Source: Botryllus schlosseri (taxonomy: Eukaryota). From it: a stretch of DNA of 64,000 nt. Where the stretch lies: positions 12,710,001 through 12,774,000 of the forward strand of contig CM119385.1 in the NCBI GenBank assembly GCA_051294905.1, in the 5' to 3' direction. The notes beneath the pieces are model-generated. The model was given only the letters and a program-made list of their open reading frames with translations, did no database searches and had not been told where the DNA came from. Position numbers and translations under genes: made by a program. The first letter of the stretch is position 1. The number at the start of each line of letters is the position of its first letter. Positions 52,101-60,070 of the stretch are shown here, one piece after another.

Positions 52101-54393
52101 AAGAACAATATACTATGCAGTACACAACACACAATGCGATGGATGTAATGGATAATGAACATATAGGAGGAAGGTAAAAATGACGAAATGCAGTATATCA
52201 ATCCAATAACATGCATCATACCTACTTGCATTGGCCAGTCGTATTAATGCCCGATCTATCAGTGTTGAATCTCAATCTTTCTTTAATGTATGCTCGCTCT
52301 TTCCCTTCTCTTCCTTTCGTCTTTTCCTGGGCTTTTTTTGTAGAAAGACGCTATATAAGAACAGCGACGCAGGGAAGAAGACCAGATAAACCGCTGGCTC
52401 TTGTTCCGTTGGATTAACCAACGTGTCAACAATAGTTAGCCATGAATATTTTCGAACTTCACGCCGAACTTCTAGCTTACGGGATGTGTCTGTTTTCTCC
52501 CTTCATTTTTGTACTGTTGAATGTGAGCCTGAGTGAGTACGTTCGATTTTTCATGCTTCGTTTCTTTGTCTTTTTGTAGTGCATCTTGAAGCGATAGAAC
52601 GAACACAAACATTTTTTGTAGGGTTACCACGAATACATCGACGACATGCTCCCTCCCGAAAGTCCCTACCTGTATGGGCTCCATCCCAATGCCGAAATCG
52701 GGGTTCTCACCACGACGTCCGAGAATTTATTCAAGACTCTGCTGGAGATGCAGCCCAAAGATGCCGCGGGCGGAGGAGCCGGGGGCAATACGCGAGAGGA
52801 AACGGTGAGATAACAGCTGTTGTTTTCAACGCCGTACTTTTGACTCGCAGAAGTGATCATTGGAGGTATTATAAGTAATCAGCACTGCTATTCCAGTAGA
52901 AGTAGAAGTAAATGTAAATTTGTGTGTCTGCGCAAACCCAGCATGATCAATATGAGTGCGCACTCCGTTGTAACATTTCCGCACCACATCATTCAACGTT
53001 CACAAATTAATATGTTATCCCGATGAATTTCGCACCACAATAGGTCAAAACGCTACTGGACGAAATATTAGAGAAACTGCCCGAATCGTTCAATATGATG
53101 GAACTCATGGCAAAGGTAGAAGAGAGAACCCCGTACATCGTCGTTGCGTTCCAAGAATGCGAGAGAATGAATATCTTGACAATGGAAATTAGGAGGTCTT
53201 TGAAAGAACTGGATCTCGGACTGAAGGTACGATGGGCCAGATACAAGGTTTAGTTAAATGATGCTTGCATCAAGTGCTTGATGGAATTCTTCCATCTGGA
53301 AGTAGTAGGGTATAAGTTTTAGATCGTAAATGTGTGATGCGACAGGGTGAATTGACGATCACGTCGGACATGGAGGAGCTGGAGACTTCCATGTTCTTCG
53401 ATACCATCCCGGAGTCTTGGATGAAGCGTGCTTATCCGTCTATGATGGGCTTGTCGGCGTGGTTTGTGGATCTCATCGCCAGGATCAAGGTCAGTGAATC
53501 CACGTGTCGCTCAGGCGGAAGTGGTTTAGGCAGTGATACTTGTGGCAAGTAGAAGTAAATGCCGTTATATTCTGGTCAATTACAAGTAGAAGTAGCAATT
53601 CAAGGTATTTCAAAACTACTGGAAGTAGAAAAATACTTAATTGGAATTGTATTCGCTTTAGGAACTCGAAACTTGGACGACCGACTTCCAACTTCCCACC
53701 GTGGTCTGGTTGGGAGGTCTGTTCAACCCACAATCGTTCCTGACCGCCATCATGCAGTCGATGGCGCGCAAAAACGAATGGCCGCTAGACAAGATGTGTC
53801 TCCAATGCGACGTAACAAAGAAGAACAAGGAAGATTTCAATTCACCTCCAAGAGAAGGCTCTTACGTTCATGGACTTTTTATGGAAGGTAAGCCGTAGGG
53901 TAGGGGTATTAATAGGCTTGTGACTAATGCAAAAGTGGGCAAGATTGTCGGCGATGCATCTCAATCCAATTTTTTGTCTATCTCAAGGTGAATGGCAACT
54001 TTCCCAGACTATGGAAACTTTGCGCTATGATCCATTTTCAGTTTGTGACATGGAACGCATGGTTGTCAGATTTTTGTCATACTTATATTTATTTCAGAGT
54101 GCAGGTCCAATAGTGATATTTTATCTCAATACAAATTCATTCCAGGCGCTCGATGGGACACTCAGACGGGATTAATGGCCGAATCGCGACTGAAAGAGCT
54201 CACCCCGTCTATGCCAGTCATATTTATAAAAGCGATACCCGTTGACAGACAGGAGACAAAGAACGTGTACGAATGTCCTGTCTATAAGACCAAATCGCGC
54301 GGACCCACTTTCGTCTGGGTGTTCAATCTCAAAACAAAAGAAAGACCATCAAAATGGGTTTTGGCTGGCGTTGCGCTGCTACTTCAAGTCTAA
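99..54393 (+). CDS. DNAH9/DNAH17: Axonemal outer-arm dynein beta heavy chain (dynein beta chain, ciliary-like; DNAH9/DNAH11/DNAH17 group), 5'-partial, 80 exons in window
   Basis: Hand-built exons, all GT-AG and phase-consistent, total 13020 nt: 99-292,353-524,1492-1591,2098-2183,2442-2567,2630-2773,2836-2925,3436-3603,3663-3779,4223-4372,4439-4569,4847-4915,4975-5101,5755-6010,6070-6173,7981-8121,8289-8426,9007-9192,9251-9388,9902-10018,10081-10224,10904-11107,11837-11953,12897-13127,13443-13586,13930-14088,14147-14269,14346-14468,15075-15300,16271-16641,17294-17458,17820-18020,19132-19292,20134-20395,20783-20929,21689-21931,21991-22146,22614-22730,22852-23112,23167-23319,24285-24431,24488-24633,24697-24856,26111-26379,26648-26725,26827-26992,27167-27367,27667-27774,28827-28964,29277-29624,30561-30752,30979-31122,31187-31293,31937-32081,32144-32248,34382-34537,34603-34746,35578-35700,36324-36482,38651-38833,38898-39020,39777-40009,41018-41140,43233-43320,43384-43500,43921-44065,44305-44465,45074-45244,45633-45755,47304-47497,48919-49098,49377-49473,50771-50998,51204-51395,51547-51726,52622-52804,53044-53226,53346-53489,53662-53887,54146-54393. 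The translation is colinear with the sea-urchin dynein beta chain as I recall it ([20 protein letters not shown], four P-loops, C-terminal [12 protein letters not shown]). The symbol names the paralog group; a non-vertebrate gene is likely co-orthologous. Confidence 0.97.
6219..7717. mobile_element. hAT MITE family A (TIR CAGGGTTGTAA), carrying nested insertions
   Basis: TIRs CAGGGTTGTAA / TTACAACCCTG; perfect 8-bp TSD CTTGAGAG (6211-6218, 7718-7725); many GACTCGAGTC-type subterminal palindromes. Confidence 0.9.
6629..7590. mobile_element. Buster/Charlie-type hAT MITE (TIR CAGGGGTGGGCAAAC) nested in family A
   Basis: TIRs CAGGGGTGGGCAAAC / GTTTGCCCATCCCTG; TSD CTCTAGTC at 6621-6628 and 7591-7598; GCGGGCCGC subterminal repeats. 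Confidence 0.9.
10281..10801. mobile_element. Degenerate hAT-like MITE with CAGAGGTGGTCAAAGTA-type ends and AGTAGAAGTA repeats
   Basis: Left GAGAGCTGGTCAAAGTA, right TTACCGACCACCTTCTG; the same motif family recurs in many introns. Confidence 0.5.
12583..12837. repeat. Tandem duplication, 113-bp unit, about 2.2 copies
   Basis: ATGCGATGCAGTGGATAACGAGGC starts at 12608 and 12721; a third partial unit starts at 12834. Confidence 0.9.
13443..18020 (+). CDS. Dynein heavy chain linker region (DHC_N2), exons 25-32
   Basis: [52 protein letters not shown]. Confidence 0.95.
15601..16015. mobile_element. Family A hAT MITE, truncated
   Basis: Starts CAGGGTTGTAAC; GACTCGAC/GAGTC motifs; internal similarity to 6219-6620. 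The second end was not found. Confidence 0.7.
18565..18816. mobile_element. Degenerate TAGGGCGATTT-ended hAT-like MITE
   Basis: Right end AAATCGCCCCA is near-complementary to the left end of the 46390 element. No TSD recognised. Confidence 0.4.
19132..22146 (+). CDS. Dynein AAA1 module, exons 33-37
   Basis: [20 protein letters not shown], Walker A GPAGTGKT at 20189-20212, [34 protein letters not shown]. Confidence 0.98.
21355..21480. mobile_element. Family A hAT MITE end fragment
   Basis: CAGGGTTGTAATGACTCGAGTCATGACTCGAC. Confidence 0.7.
22614..24856 (+). CDS. Dynein AAA2 module, exons 38-43
   Basis: Walker A GNAGTGKT at 22704-22727, [35 protein letters not shown]. Confidence 0.97.
23622..24091. 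mobile_element. Family A hAT MITE, inverted relative to the 6219 copy, one end missing
   Basis: Ends GACTTGGTTACAACCCTG; interior matches the reverse complement of 6219-6620. Confidence 0.8.
25166..25871. mobile_element. MITE with ~140-bp inverted arms (family unassigned)
   Basis: 25166-25310 is complementary to 25730-25871 (ATATTCATATTGAAATGAACCCGAATATT..CTGACACTCGTCAGGGGTA). Related pieces at 29070-29175, 39186-39220 and 49598-49740. Confidence 0.75.
26111..28964 (+). CDS. Dynein AAA3 module, exons 44-49
   Basis: Walker A GNAGAGKT at 26198-26221, [44 protein letters not shown]. Confidence 0.97.
27919..28526. mobile_element. Foldback (almost fully palindromic) hAT MITE, 608 bp
   Basis: Arms 27919-28210 and 28235-28526 with about 4 mismatches and a 24-bp spacer; TAGGGTTG termini; perfect 8-bp TSD GTGTCCAT (27911-27918, 28527-28534). 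Confidence 0.95.
29277..32081 (+). CDS. Dynein AAA4 module, exons 50-54
   Basis: [15 protein letters not shown] (P-loop 29439-29462), [19 protein letters not shown]. Confidence 0.97.
30183..30398 (-). mobile_element. tRNA-derived SINE, internally deleted copy
   Basis: Reverse complement of the 35052-35310 head and 3' part, with (GA)n tail; lacks the post-tRNA core. Confidence 0.8.
32144..39020 (+). CDS. Dynein stalk coiled coils and microtubule-binding domain, exons 55-61
   Basis: [53 protein letters not shown]. Confidence 0.96.
32324..33239 (-). mobile_element. 5'-truncated CR1/L2-group LINE: C-terminal part of the RT ORF plus 3' UTR
   Basis: ORF 32604-33239: [55 protein letters not shown], typical of the post-RT region of jockey/CR1/L2-type LINEs; the 3' end reads AATAAAC followed by an (ATG)n tail. 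Confidence 0.88.
33300..34028 (-). mobile_element. Decayed Chapaev3-like (CMC) DNA transposon relic
   Basis: Minus-strand peptide remnants [35 protein letters not shown] and AWNPF, with stops and frameshifts; minus-strand terminus CACAGGTCAAC at 34028. The family name comes from remembered motifs. Confidence 0.6.
34140..34345 (-). mobile_element. Degenerate SINE/RTE-5'-like fragment
   Basis: Minus strand has a B-box-like GGTTCAAATCCC followed by CCAAGCCTGGACAAATGGGCAGGGTTGCAACAGGAAG. Confidence 0.35.
35052..35310 (+). mobile_element. Full-length tRNA-derived SINE
   Basis: A box TAGTGTAATGG (35061-35071), B box GGTTCGATCCC (35105-35115), core CCGGGTCATACCAAGGACTTGAAAATGGGTATCC, (TC)n tail; two more copies in the window. 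Confidence 0.85.
36829..38082. mobile_element. Charlie/Buster-type hAT MITE (TIR CAGTGGTTCTCAA) with internal insertions
   Basis: TIRs CAGTGGTTCTCAA / TTGAGAACCGCTG; TSD ATTTAACA at 36821-36828 and 38083-38090. Internal ends at 37076 (CAGTGGTTCCCAACC) and 37653 (TTGTCCGCCCCTG). Confidence 0.88.
39290..39452. mobile_element. Right arm of a Charlie-type hAT MITE
   Basis: Matches 59440-59601; ends TTTGAGAACCACTG. Confidence 0.7.
39777..47497 (+). CDS. Dynein AAA5 module and following helices, exons 62-70
   Basis: [53 protein letters not shown]. Confidence 0.96.
40125..40213. mobile_element. 89-bp mini-MITE, CAGAGGTGGTCA family
   Basis: CAGAGGGGGTCAGTA / TACTTTGACCACCTCTG; flanks TTCTCAAT / TTATTAAT (6/8 match). 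Confidence 0.6.
40450..40892 (+). mobile_element. 3' fragment of the same CR1/L2-group LINE as 32324-33239
   Basis: CCGAATATTTCAATGACTTCTT.ACCTCGGAATCAAAAGCGCA and the 3' UTR match the reverse complement of 32340-32810; tail AATAAACCGAACTGAACTGA. Smaller 3' tips at about 23390-23465, 46085-46190 and 57465-57548 (minus). Confidence 0.85.
41438..42822. mobile_element. Charlie/Buster-type hAT MITE (TIR CAGTGGTTCCCAACC)
   Basis: TIRs CAGTGGTTCCCAACC / GGTTGGGAACCACTG; TSD CTTTACAG at 41430-41437 and 42823-42830. Confidence 0.92.
41722..42565. mobile_element. hAT MITE (TIR CAGGGGTGGCCAACC) nested in 41438-42822
   Basis: Right end GGTTGGCGACCCCTG; TSD CATTAAAC at 41714-41721 and 42566-42573. Confidence 0.9.
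46390..47258 (-). mobile_element. Internally deleted hAT element retaining a transposase C-terminal remnant
   Basis: Minus ORF 46728-46949 [33 protein letters not shown] fits the hAT C-terminal (dimerisation-type) ERSFS motif; left end TAGGGCGATTT, right end degenerate. Confidence 0.65.
47546..48011. mobile_element. Family A hAT MITE, left-truncated
   Basis: Near-colinear with 6298-6620 plus 7599-7717, i.e. an uninterrupted version; ends GAGTCATTACAACCCTG. Confidence 0.85.
48207..48563. mobile_element. Degenerate Buster-type hAT MITE
   Basis: CCGGGGTC.. / GCCGACCCCTG ends, GCGGCCCGCGG motifs, flanks ATCTATAT / ATCTACAT (7/8). Confidence 0.65.
48919..54393 (+). CDS. Dynein AAA6 and C-terminal domain, exons 71-80 (stop TAA 54391-54393)
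   Basis: [64 protein letters not shown]. Confidence 0.97.
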
Positions 54394-55333
54394 TTACGCA
54401 GTTGTTTTATTGTTTGGACTATCTTACAGTTCCAGTTGAGTTGACTGAATAGAAAACTTTATTTATGGTTTTATGGGTTTATGAAGGAGGATATAATATA
54501 TTTGAGATTGACATTGTCGTTTGAGTTTAATACAATTTTATTGTTTGAATTCACCCACTACTGTTATCAATCATTCAAAATCTAGCCTACAAGATGCAAG
54601 CTTGCGAGAACAACACGTTTAATCTGGTGTAAAATACTGGTCTCGTGTGCTCATCGCTAATTTGCAAAGACAGCGACTGACTGGGACGTGAACTAGCAGT
54701 TTACAGCTAGTGCCAATAACGTAACAGAGTTCGATCTGGACTACATGGTGTTACGAAATCACTGAGGCAAGAGGTGTTGAATGTGGATAGGCCGTGAACG
54801 CAGGGGATGAGGAATTGACCTTTGGACCAGATCAATCATGGTTATGAGGACTCTTGGCAATGATGAGTGAGTCCAAGGTTTCTCGCGGGCTGATTCAAGA
54901 ATTGTTACAGAAACCACATATCTAACCACGTAATTGTCAACACATAGAAACAGCATTTCTTTGCAAAATCCATTACAAAACAGGATGCTTCCCGCAAAAT
55001 TATTTCGAAATGAAGATCGGTTGGTCCGTGGCGACATTTGCAGTAGATAACCGATTCTTCGGGCATTCCCTGTATCCGCCATCTCGGGACGCACTCAGTG
55101 GGGTAAGTTCTATTTGAACAGCACCTTTCCTTTACTAATGGCGCAAGATTTATATATTGAAGGAATCTCTTTACTCTTCTCTTCTTCACCACCGCCACCA
55201 GTAGCCAATGCAGGTGAAGATACAAATCAACTGGGTTTAAATGACTTGAGTCATGACTCGGGCCGCAATTTTTCCTTGAATCGACACAATTCGAGTATTG
55301 ACTCGACTTGTACCCGAGTCCTTGTGTATGACG

Positions 55334-56202
55334 CAGTGTTGGGATCAAGTCACTACCTTCGAGTCACGAGTCATTGCACATTTTGACTCGAGTCAAGTCA
55401 AGTCAATCGATTTTCGAAGGTGACTCGAGTCAAGTCAAGTCACTCGATTTTTGGAGGTGACTCGAGTCAAGTCACAATTCAAGTCAAGTTGCCTTTTCGA
55501 AGTATGAGGCATGGTTACGCCATTGCATTTTGCTTTAGCTTTCTGACATGCATATTGAGTGGTCATTGATTTTGAACCGATGAACGAATATAGAGTTAAA
55601 TATGCCATCAAGAAGGCGCAGTATCGGTCAGTTTATAGTAACAAGCCAAAATAGAGAATTGAGAAACGAATTGATAAAATGCAATACATTACCCATTTAC
55701 GAAATGATATGATACAATTCCAGCCTGCGCCAATGGTTCAGGACTATATAAACTATATTCGAATTCAATTTCAATAGAACAAGAGGTTTGGTTGAGGTAT
55801 AGACAGAGAACAGAAATTACTTTAATATACTAGTTTACGACAACGTAAGCTGCAAGCTTCGATCACTTCGTTTGTGGTCAATTTAATGGTGAGAGAATAA
55901 TGGAGGCTCAGTTAAACGCACGATCATTGAATGATTGGTCGCTTTCGGGGTTACACCAGCGTTTTGCGAACAATCCGAACATATGCAAGATACAGTGATT
56001 TTTATCGAAACCGATAACTTGATGACTTGAAATTGACTCGTGAATTTTGCTCCGAGTCACGAGTCAATCCACATTTCTGATACGCCGAGTCAAGTCAAGT
56101 CAAGTCATTTTAGCAAAGTGACTCGAGTCAAGTCAAGTCATACGAAAAAGATGACTCGAGTCTGACTCGAGTCAAGTCATGACTCGAGTCATCCCAACAC
56201 TG
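55334..56202. mobile_element. hAT MITE (TIR CAGTGTTGGGAT) with GACTCGAGTCAAGTC arrays, nested in a family-A copy starting near 55231
   Basis: TIRs CAGTGTTGGGAT / ATCCCAACACTG; TSD GTATGACG at 55326-55333 and 56203-56210. Confidence 0.92.
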
Positions 56203-56489
56203 GTATGACGCGACCAAAGTCACATGACTCGAGAGATTCTATACATGACTGGACTCAAGTCTCGTCAAAACAGAACCGATGCTTTGAAAATAGGCCCAGA
56301 AAGTGTCTTTTATCTATTTGAATTAATATATGCATGAGGAATATGAGTAATAAGTGAGTATATTATGAACGCGAGGCCTCCTTTTTACGTCCTTTATTTT
56401 TCAAAACACTCCCTTCATCTGCTATACCGGTGAATCTGGTGACATCGACTGAGAAGGGATAAGTCTTTGATTTCTAATATGTGAAACAA

Positions 56490-56795
56490 CTAATGTTAAT
56501 GACAAAATTCATACGTGAATCTGAAAAATATTTCGCGCTTCGCGCGACCATAGCCACTCCTGCTATTCATTACACGACCACTAATGATTTCGATGCGTAT
56601 AAGACGATATGAAAAGATTAGCCCGAAGTTCACCGAAAATGGACATGATGGACAGTTTAACATGGGTAGATATATTTGGTGTCCAGTTAGTTCATTGCGG
56701 CTATGTCCTGGAATGCGGCCGCAGGCCTATAGGCCACACAAGTAATCGAAATGCGGCCGTGAATAGCAAAAAGGTTGGCCAGATGGCCACCCCTG
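56490..56795. mobile_element. Right part of a CAGGGGTGGCC-family hAT MITE
   Basis: Matches 42285-42565; ends GGCCACCCCTG. Confidence 0.75.
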
Positions 56796-56803
56796 CTCTC
56801 GAG

Positions 56804-57297
56804 TAGGGCTGGGCAAAATCGAGTACCTGAGTGATTCGATTCTGAATCACGTATTATGATTCGATTCGAGTCGAGTATTCGAGTATCACTCATTATGACG
56901 TCATAACAGAATATACCTTTTAAGCCACCTCAAAGAATATAATGCCTGTTATCCATCATATTAAAGATACTTTGGCATTTTTGCGACCCTACCGATTTCA
57001 TTGCACATCGTGACAATGTTGTGGGAGGATCATTACTTCGGAAATGTGGTATATCCAGTTACAATAGTAGCTTTGTATTATATGTTTAGTACGCTGGGAT
57101 ACGGCCAATCAAGGTTTTAAGGCTTCAACAGTGGAAAATAGTATCGAAACCATAATTCTAGTTGATAAAATATCTTTCGGTGGCTAGGAGCGTATAATTT
57201 CAGTACTCGAAAAAATCGTCTTTTACTACTCGACTCGAATCATTAAAATAATTACTCGATTCAGTTTCGAGTACTCGAATCATTGTGCCCAGCCCTA
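56804..57297. mobile_element. hAT MITE (TIR TAGGGCTGGGC)
   Basis: TIRs TAGGGCTGGGCA / TGCCCAGCCCTA; TSD CTCTCGAG at 56796-56803 and 57298-57305; GATTCGA/GAGTACTCGA subterminal motifs. Confidence 0.92.
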
Positions 57298-57575
57298 CTC
57301 TCGAGCATCATGAAATTGAACAACTACAACACCTGCATTCTGTGGAATTGAGATAGCTGATCGATGGCATCCGTCAATTAGGGTCACCCCCAACGTATCG
57401 CAATTTTGATTCAGCAGCAGTGAATAAAATACTGCAAGTATTAGTGGGCCTATCAATTTATAAATAGATATATTTCATCATCTCAAAACATCAAAAGACT
57501 CCGATAAAATGAAAAGATGTGGTCTCGAAACGAGTTCTAGTAGTCTTTGAAATCAGACACCAGAGGCCTATAGGC

Positions 57576-57752
57576 CAGGGGCGGGCAACTTCTCCAGTCG
57601 GCGGGCCGGATATAGGAAAATTTAGTACTTGGCGGGCCGGATTGCTGAATCGATACATTATTCGCCCATTTATCCACATATACAAGGAATAAATCGTATT
57701 TAATGAATGTATTTTAGCGACAGCAATGTCACTTCAAAGCCATTTCTCGCCG
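57576..57752. mobile_element. End fragment of a CAGGGGCGGGCAAC hAT MITE
   Basis: Reverse complement of 37485-37653. Confidence 0.8.
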
Positions 57753-58513
57753 ATAATGACGAGGATATAATGTGGATTTGAGAAGAGCATTGTCATACAG
57801 GCGCCGCCATGTCTGCTTCTGTCTGATCATATACTACGTTTCCATGCACGGCCGATGGGCCCATTTTCGAGAGATTCGGCCGACGAACGAGAGAATTTTG
57901 TTGCGCATTTACAGATTGCACACCCACGTCGGCCGACTCGTCGGCCATCGAGTGAATCCTTCGGCTTAGCCCTTCGGCCATGCTTGCGCTGTGTCTTGGA
58001 TTAGCGAATTGGTATTCGCTACTTACAATACACTTTTCGTATCAAATTAACTCTGGCTGCACTCCGGACGGATCTTGGACGCCTTGAAAAACCCGGAATT
58101 TAATTACCATTGCAACGGAATTTAGTAGTACCGGTACTGCTACGAATTACCCGTAGGCTACCGAAATCTTCGCGATCTTATTACATACGGTGCTGCCACA
58201 ATTCGAGGGTTTGTGTTCTGGTGCATGGGTACAATACAAACTATACCGTTTGACCACAAACTAGGTGAACTTATTCACATTCCCCTTGTAAGCAAATCAT
58301 CAACAGGACACTGGAAGTTCATGTCTGAATCATGACGACGAAACAGTAGTACCGGTAGACTACTGGACAAGTTACTATTCTGCGCTCGAAATTATTGGAC
58401 CACGATATCCCATATCCATACTCCCACACAGTGGCGTAGCAGCCATCTGGCGGTTCTGGCTCTGCGCCAGGGGCGGCAGGCTCCAAGGGGGCGGCAAAAT
58501 GAGGCTGCACAGT

Positions 58514-58747
58514 GAGAGAGATGCCGGCATCATCGTGATGCTTTGACGACGGACATGCGATAAGGACTTTATAGTAAGGTCATCTAGTCTGCACCCCTGT
58601 TTTTTTCTCCTCCGTGATTGCTGGGCGTCTAGCGGGATAACCGCGGATACCAGTTTTCGAGTCTTCGGTCTGACCCGGCCGGGGATCGGGCCCACAACCT
58701 ACCAATCAAGAAGCCGGACGCATCACCGTTACACTATCTCGCGCGGC
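58514..58747 (-). mobile_element. tRNA-derived SINE (same family as 35052-35310)
   Basis: Reverse complement reads GAGATAGTGTAACGGTGATGCGTCCGGCTTC...GATCCCCGGCCGGGTCAGACCGAAGACTCGAAAACTGGTATCC. Confidence 0.85.
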
Positions 58748-59286
58748 GTGTAGACAGCCGGCTAAAAGAAGAGTGCTTGGTAGTCCTATAGCTGGCGTCC
58801 CGTCAGCTAAAATTTAATCAAACAGGTCTCAATCGAAAGCTAGTGTCGCACTGATTCCGAAAACACGAATTAATATGATAACATGGCGAAGGAATCACTC
58901 CGAAATAGCCGTCACGGCCGATTGTTCGGAGAGTTCGCAGAAAAAGGAGAATGTCTGGCGAACAAACAGAAGATGCTGGCCTCAGTGTTGTTGAAGAATT
59001 TAGACGATGCATGTTTCAAGCATAGGACAGATTTAAACTTGAAGCTGAAACTAGGTTTACCGGCATTCACCACTTAAATGATATATTTGGATTTTTGAAT
59101 TCCCACGCGCTGCTGCAAAGCGAGAGTCACAATTTATTCACCAGCGCTTTTAGAAGCACTTATGACGACGAGGTGGACTTTTTGGCGTTAGCTGCGAAAA
59201 TTGTCATGCCTTATACCTCGAATTAGGGATCATATAAAGCAGAAGATTGCTAGCTTTTCGTACAAACCAATATGAGGCCTCTAGGA

Positions 59287-59601
59287 CAGGGGTTCTCAAC
59301 CTGGGGGGCGCGCCCCCGTTGGGGGGGCGTGAAAGCATCTTAAGGGGGCGCGAAGAATCGGACAAATGATTTTTTTTCGCGCTGTGCGCGATTTATTTCC
59401 AATTCACGCGTGTTTCTCTTTATATAGACCCAGTTTCTTATTTTTGAATACTCTTATCAACAGTCATAACCTTCCATGCCATCAAACAATCTGTTAGGGT
59501 TGCTAGCATCCCGGTTGGATCTTGTAATATGACGATACGAGGGCGCGGAATTTTTCGCTATCCTAAAGGGGGGCGTGTCTAAAAAAAGTTGCGAACCACT
59601 G
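59287..59601. mobile_element. Charlie/Buster-type hAT MITE
   Basis: CAGGGGTTCTCAAC / GTTGCGAACCACTG; flanks CTCTAGGA / CTCTGGGA (7/8). Confidence 0.85.
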
Positions 59602-59677
59602 CTCTGGGACGAACACAAATTAAGTTATAATCATATGAAGTTGTTCAACTTGAGATTTTAAAAGGGTTAAGAGGCTG

Positions 59678-60070
59678 GTGCGAAGCAGTGAAACCACGTT
59701 TGATCGTAGTGCAACAACGTTTGATGTTTTACAGTGGTTGTTTAATGCAAAGCTACTTGATTCGACACCGTATTTATGCTCGTGTCTGAAACTTTATCTG
59801 AACATTGGTGTTTCAACTGCGAGCTGTGTGAGGAGCTTCTCAAAGCTCAAACTGATTAGGTCTTATATATTTAGTTCTATCATGAATAATGATCGGCTAT
59901 CAGCTTCATCCATTCTGTCTATAGAAAGAGACTACGTTCAAAAACTTGAATTTGAGGATATTATCGCTGCTTTTGCTTTGAGGCGGCCATTAATTTTCTA
60001 TTTGTACAATACATTCGTTCGCTATTTCTTGTTTTTATTATTTTTGGCGTCATTAACGTCGAGACGGTGA
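59678..60070 (+). pseudogene. hAT transposase C-terminal dimerisation-domain remnant
   Basis: LKLYLNIGVSTASCVRSFSKLKLIRSY..S.MNNDRLSASSILSIERD..LEFEDII..FA fits the Dimer_Tnp_hAT pattern of ZMYM1-like hATs. Confidence 0.85.

Noticed and set aside
525-54145. U12-type or non-canonical introns, and duplicated mutually exclusive exons
   Set aside because: All 79 inferred introns are GT-AG without the U12 donor consensus, and I saw no exon duplicates in the introns.
54394-54600. Dynein polyadenylation signal
   Set aside because: No AATAAA or ATTAAA on the plus strand in this interval, only a weak AATACA near 54530, so the 3' end cannot be placed.
55245-56240. CRISPR-like or iteron-like array of GACTCGAGTCAAGTC
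   Set aside because: Irregular spacing, no unique spacers, eukaryotic context, and bounded by hAT TIRs and a TSD; these are subterminal repeats.
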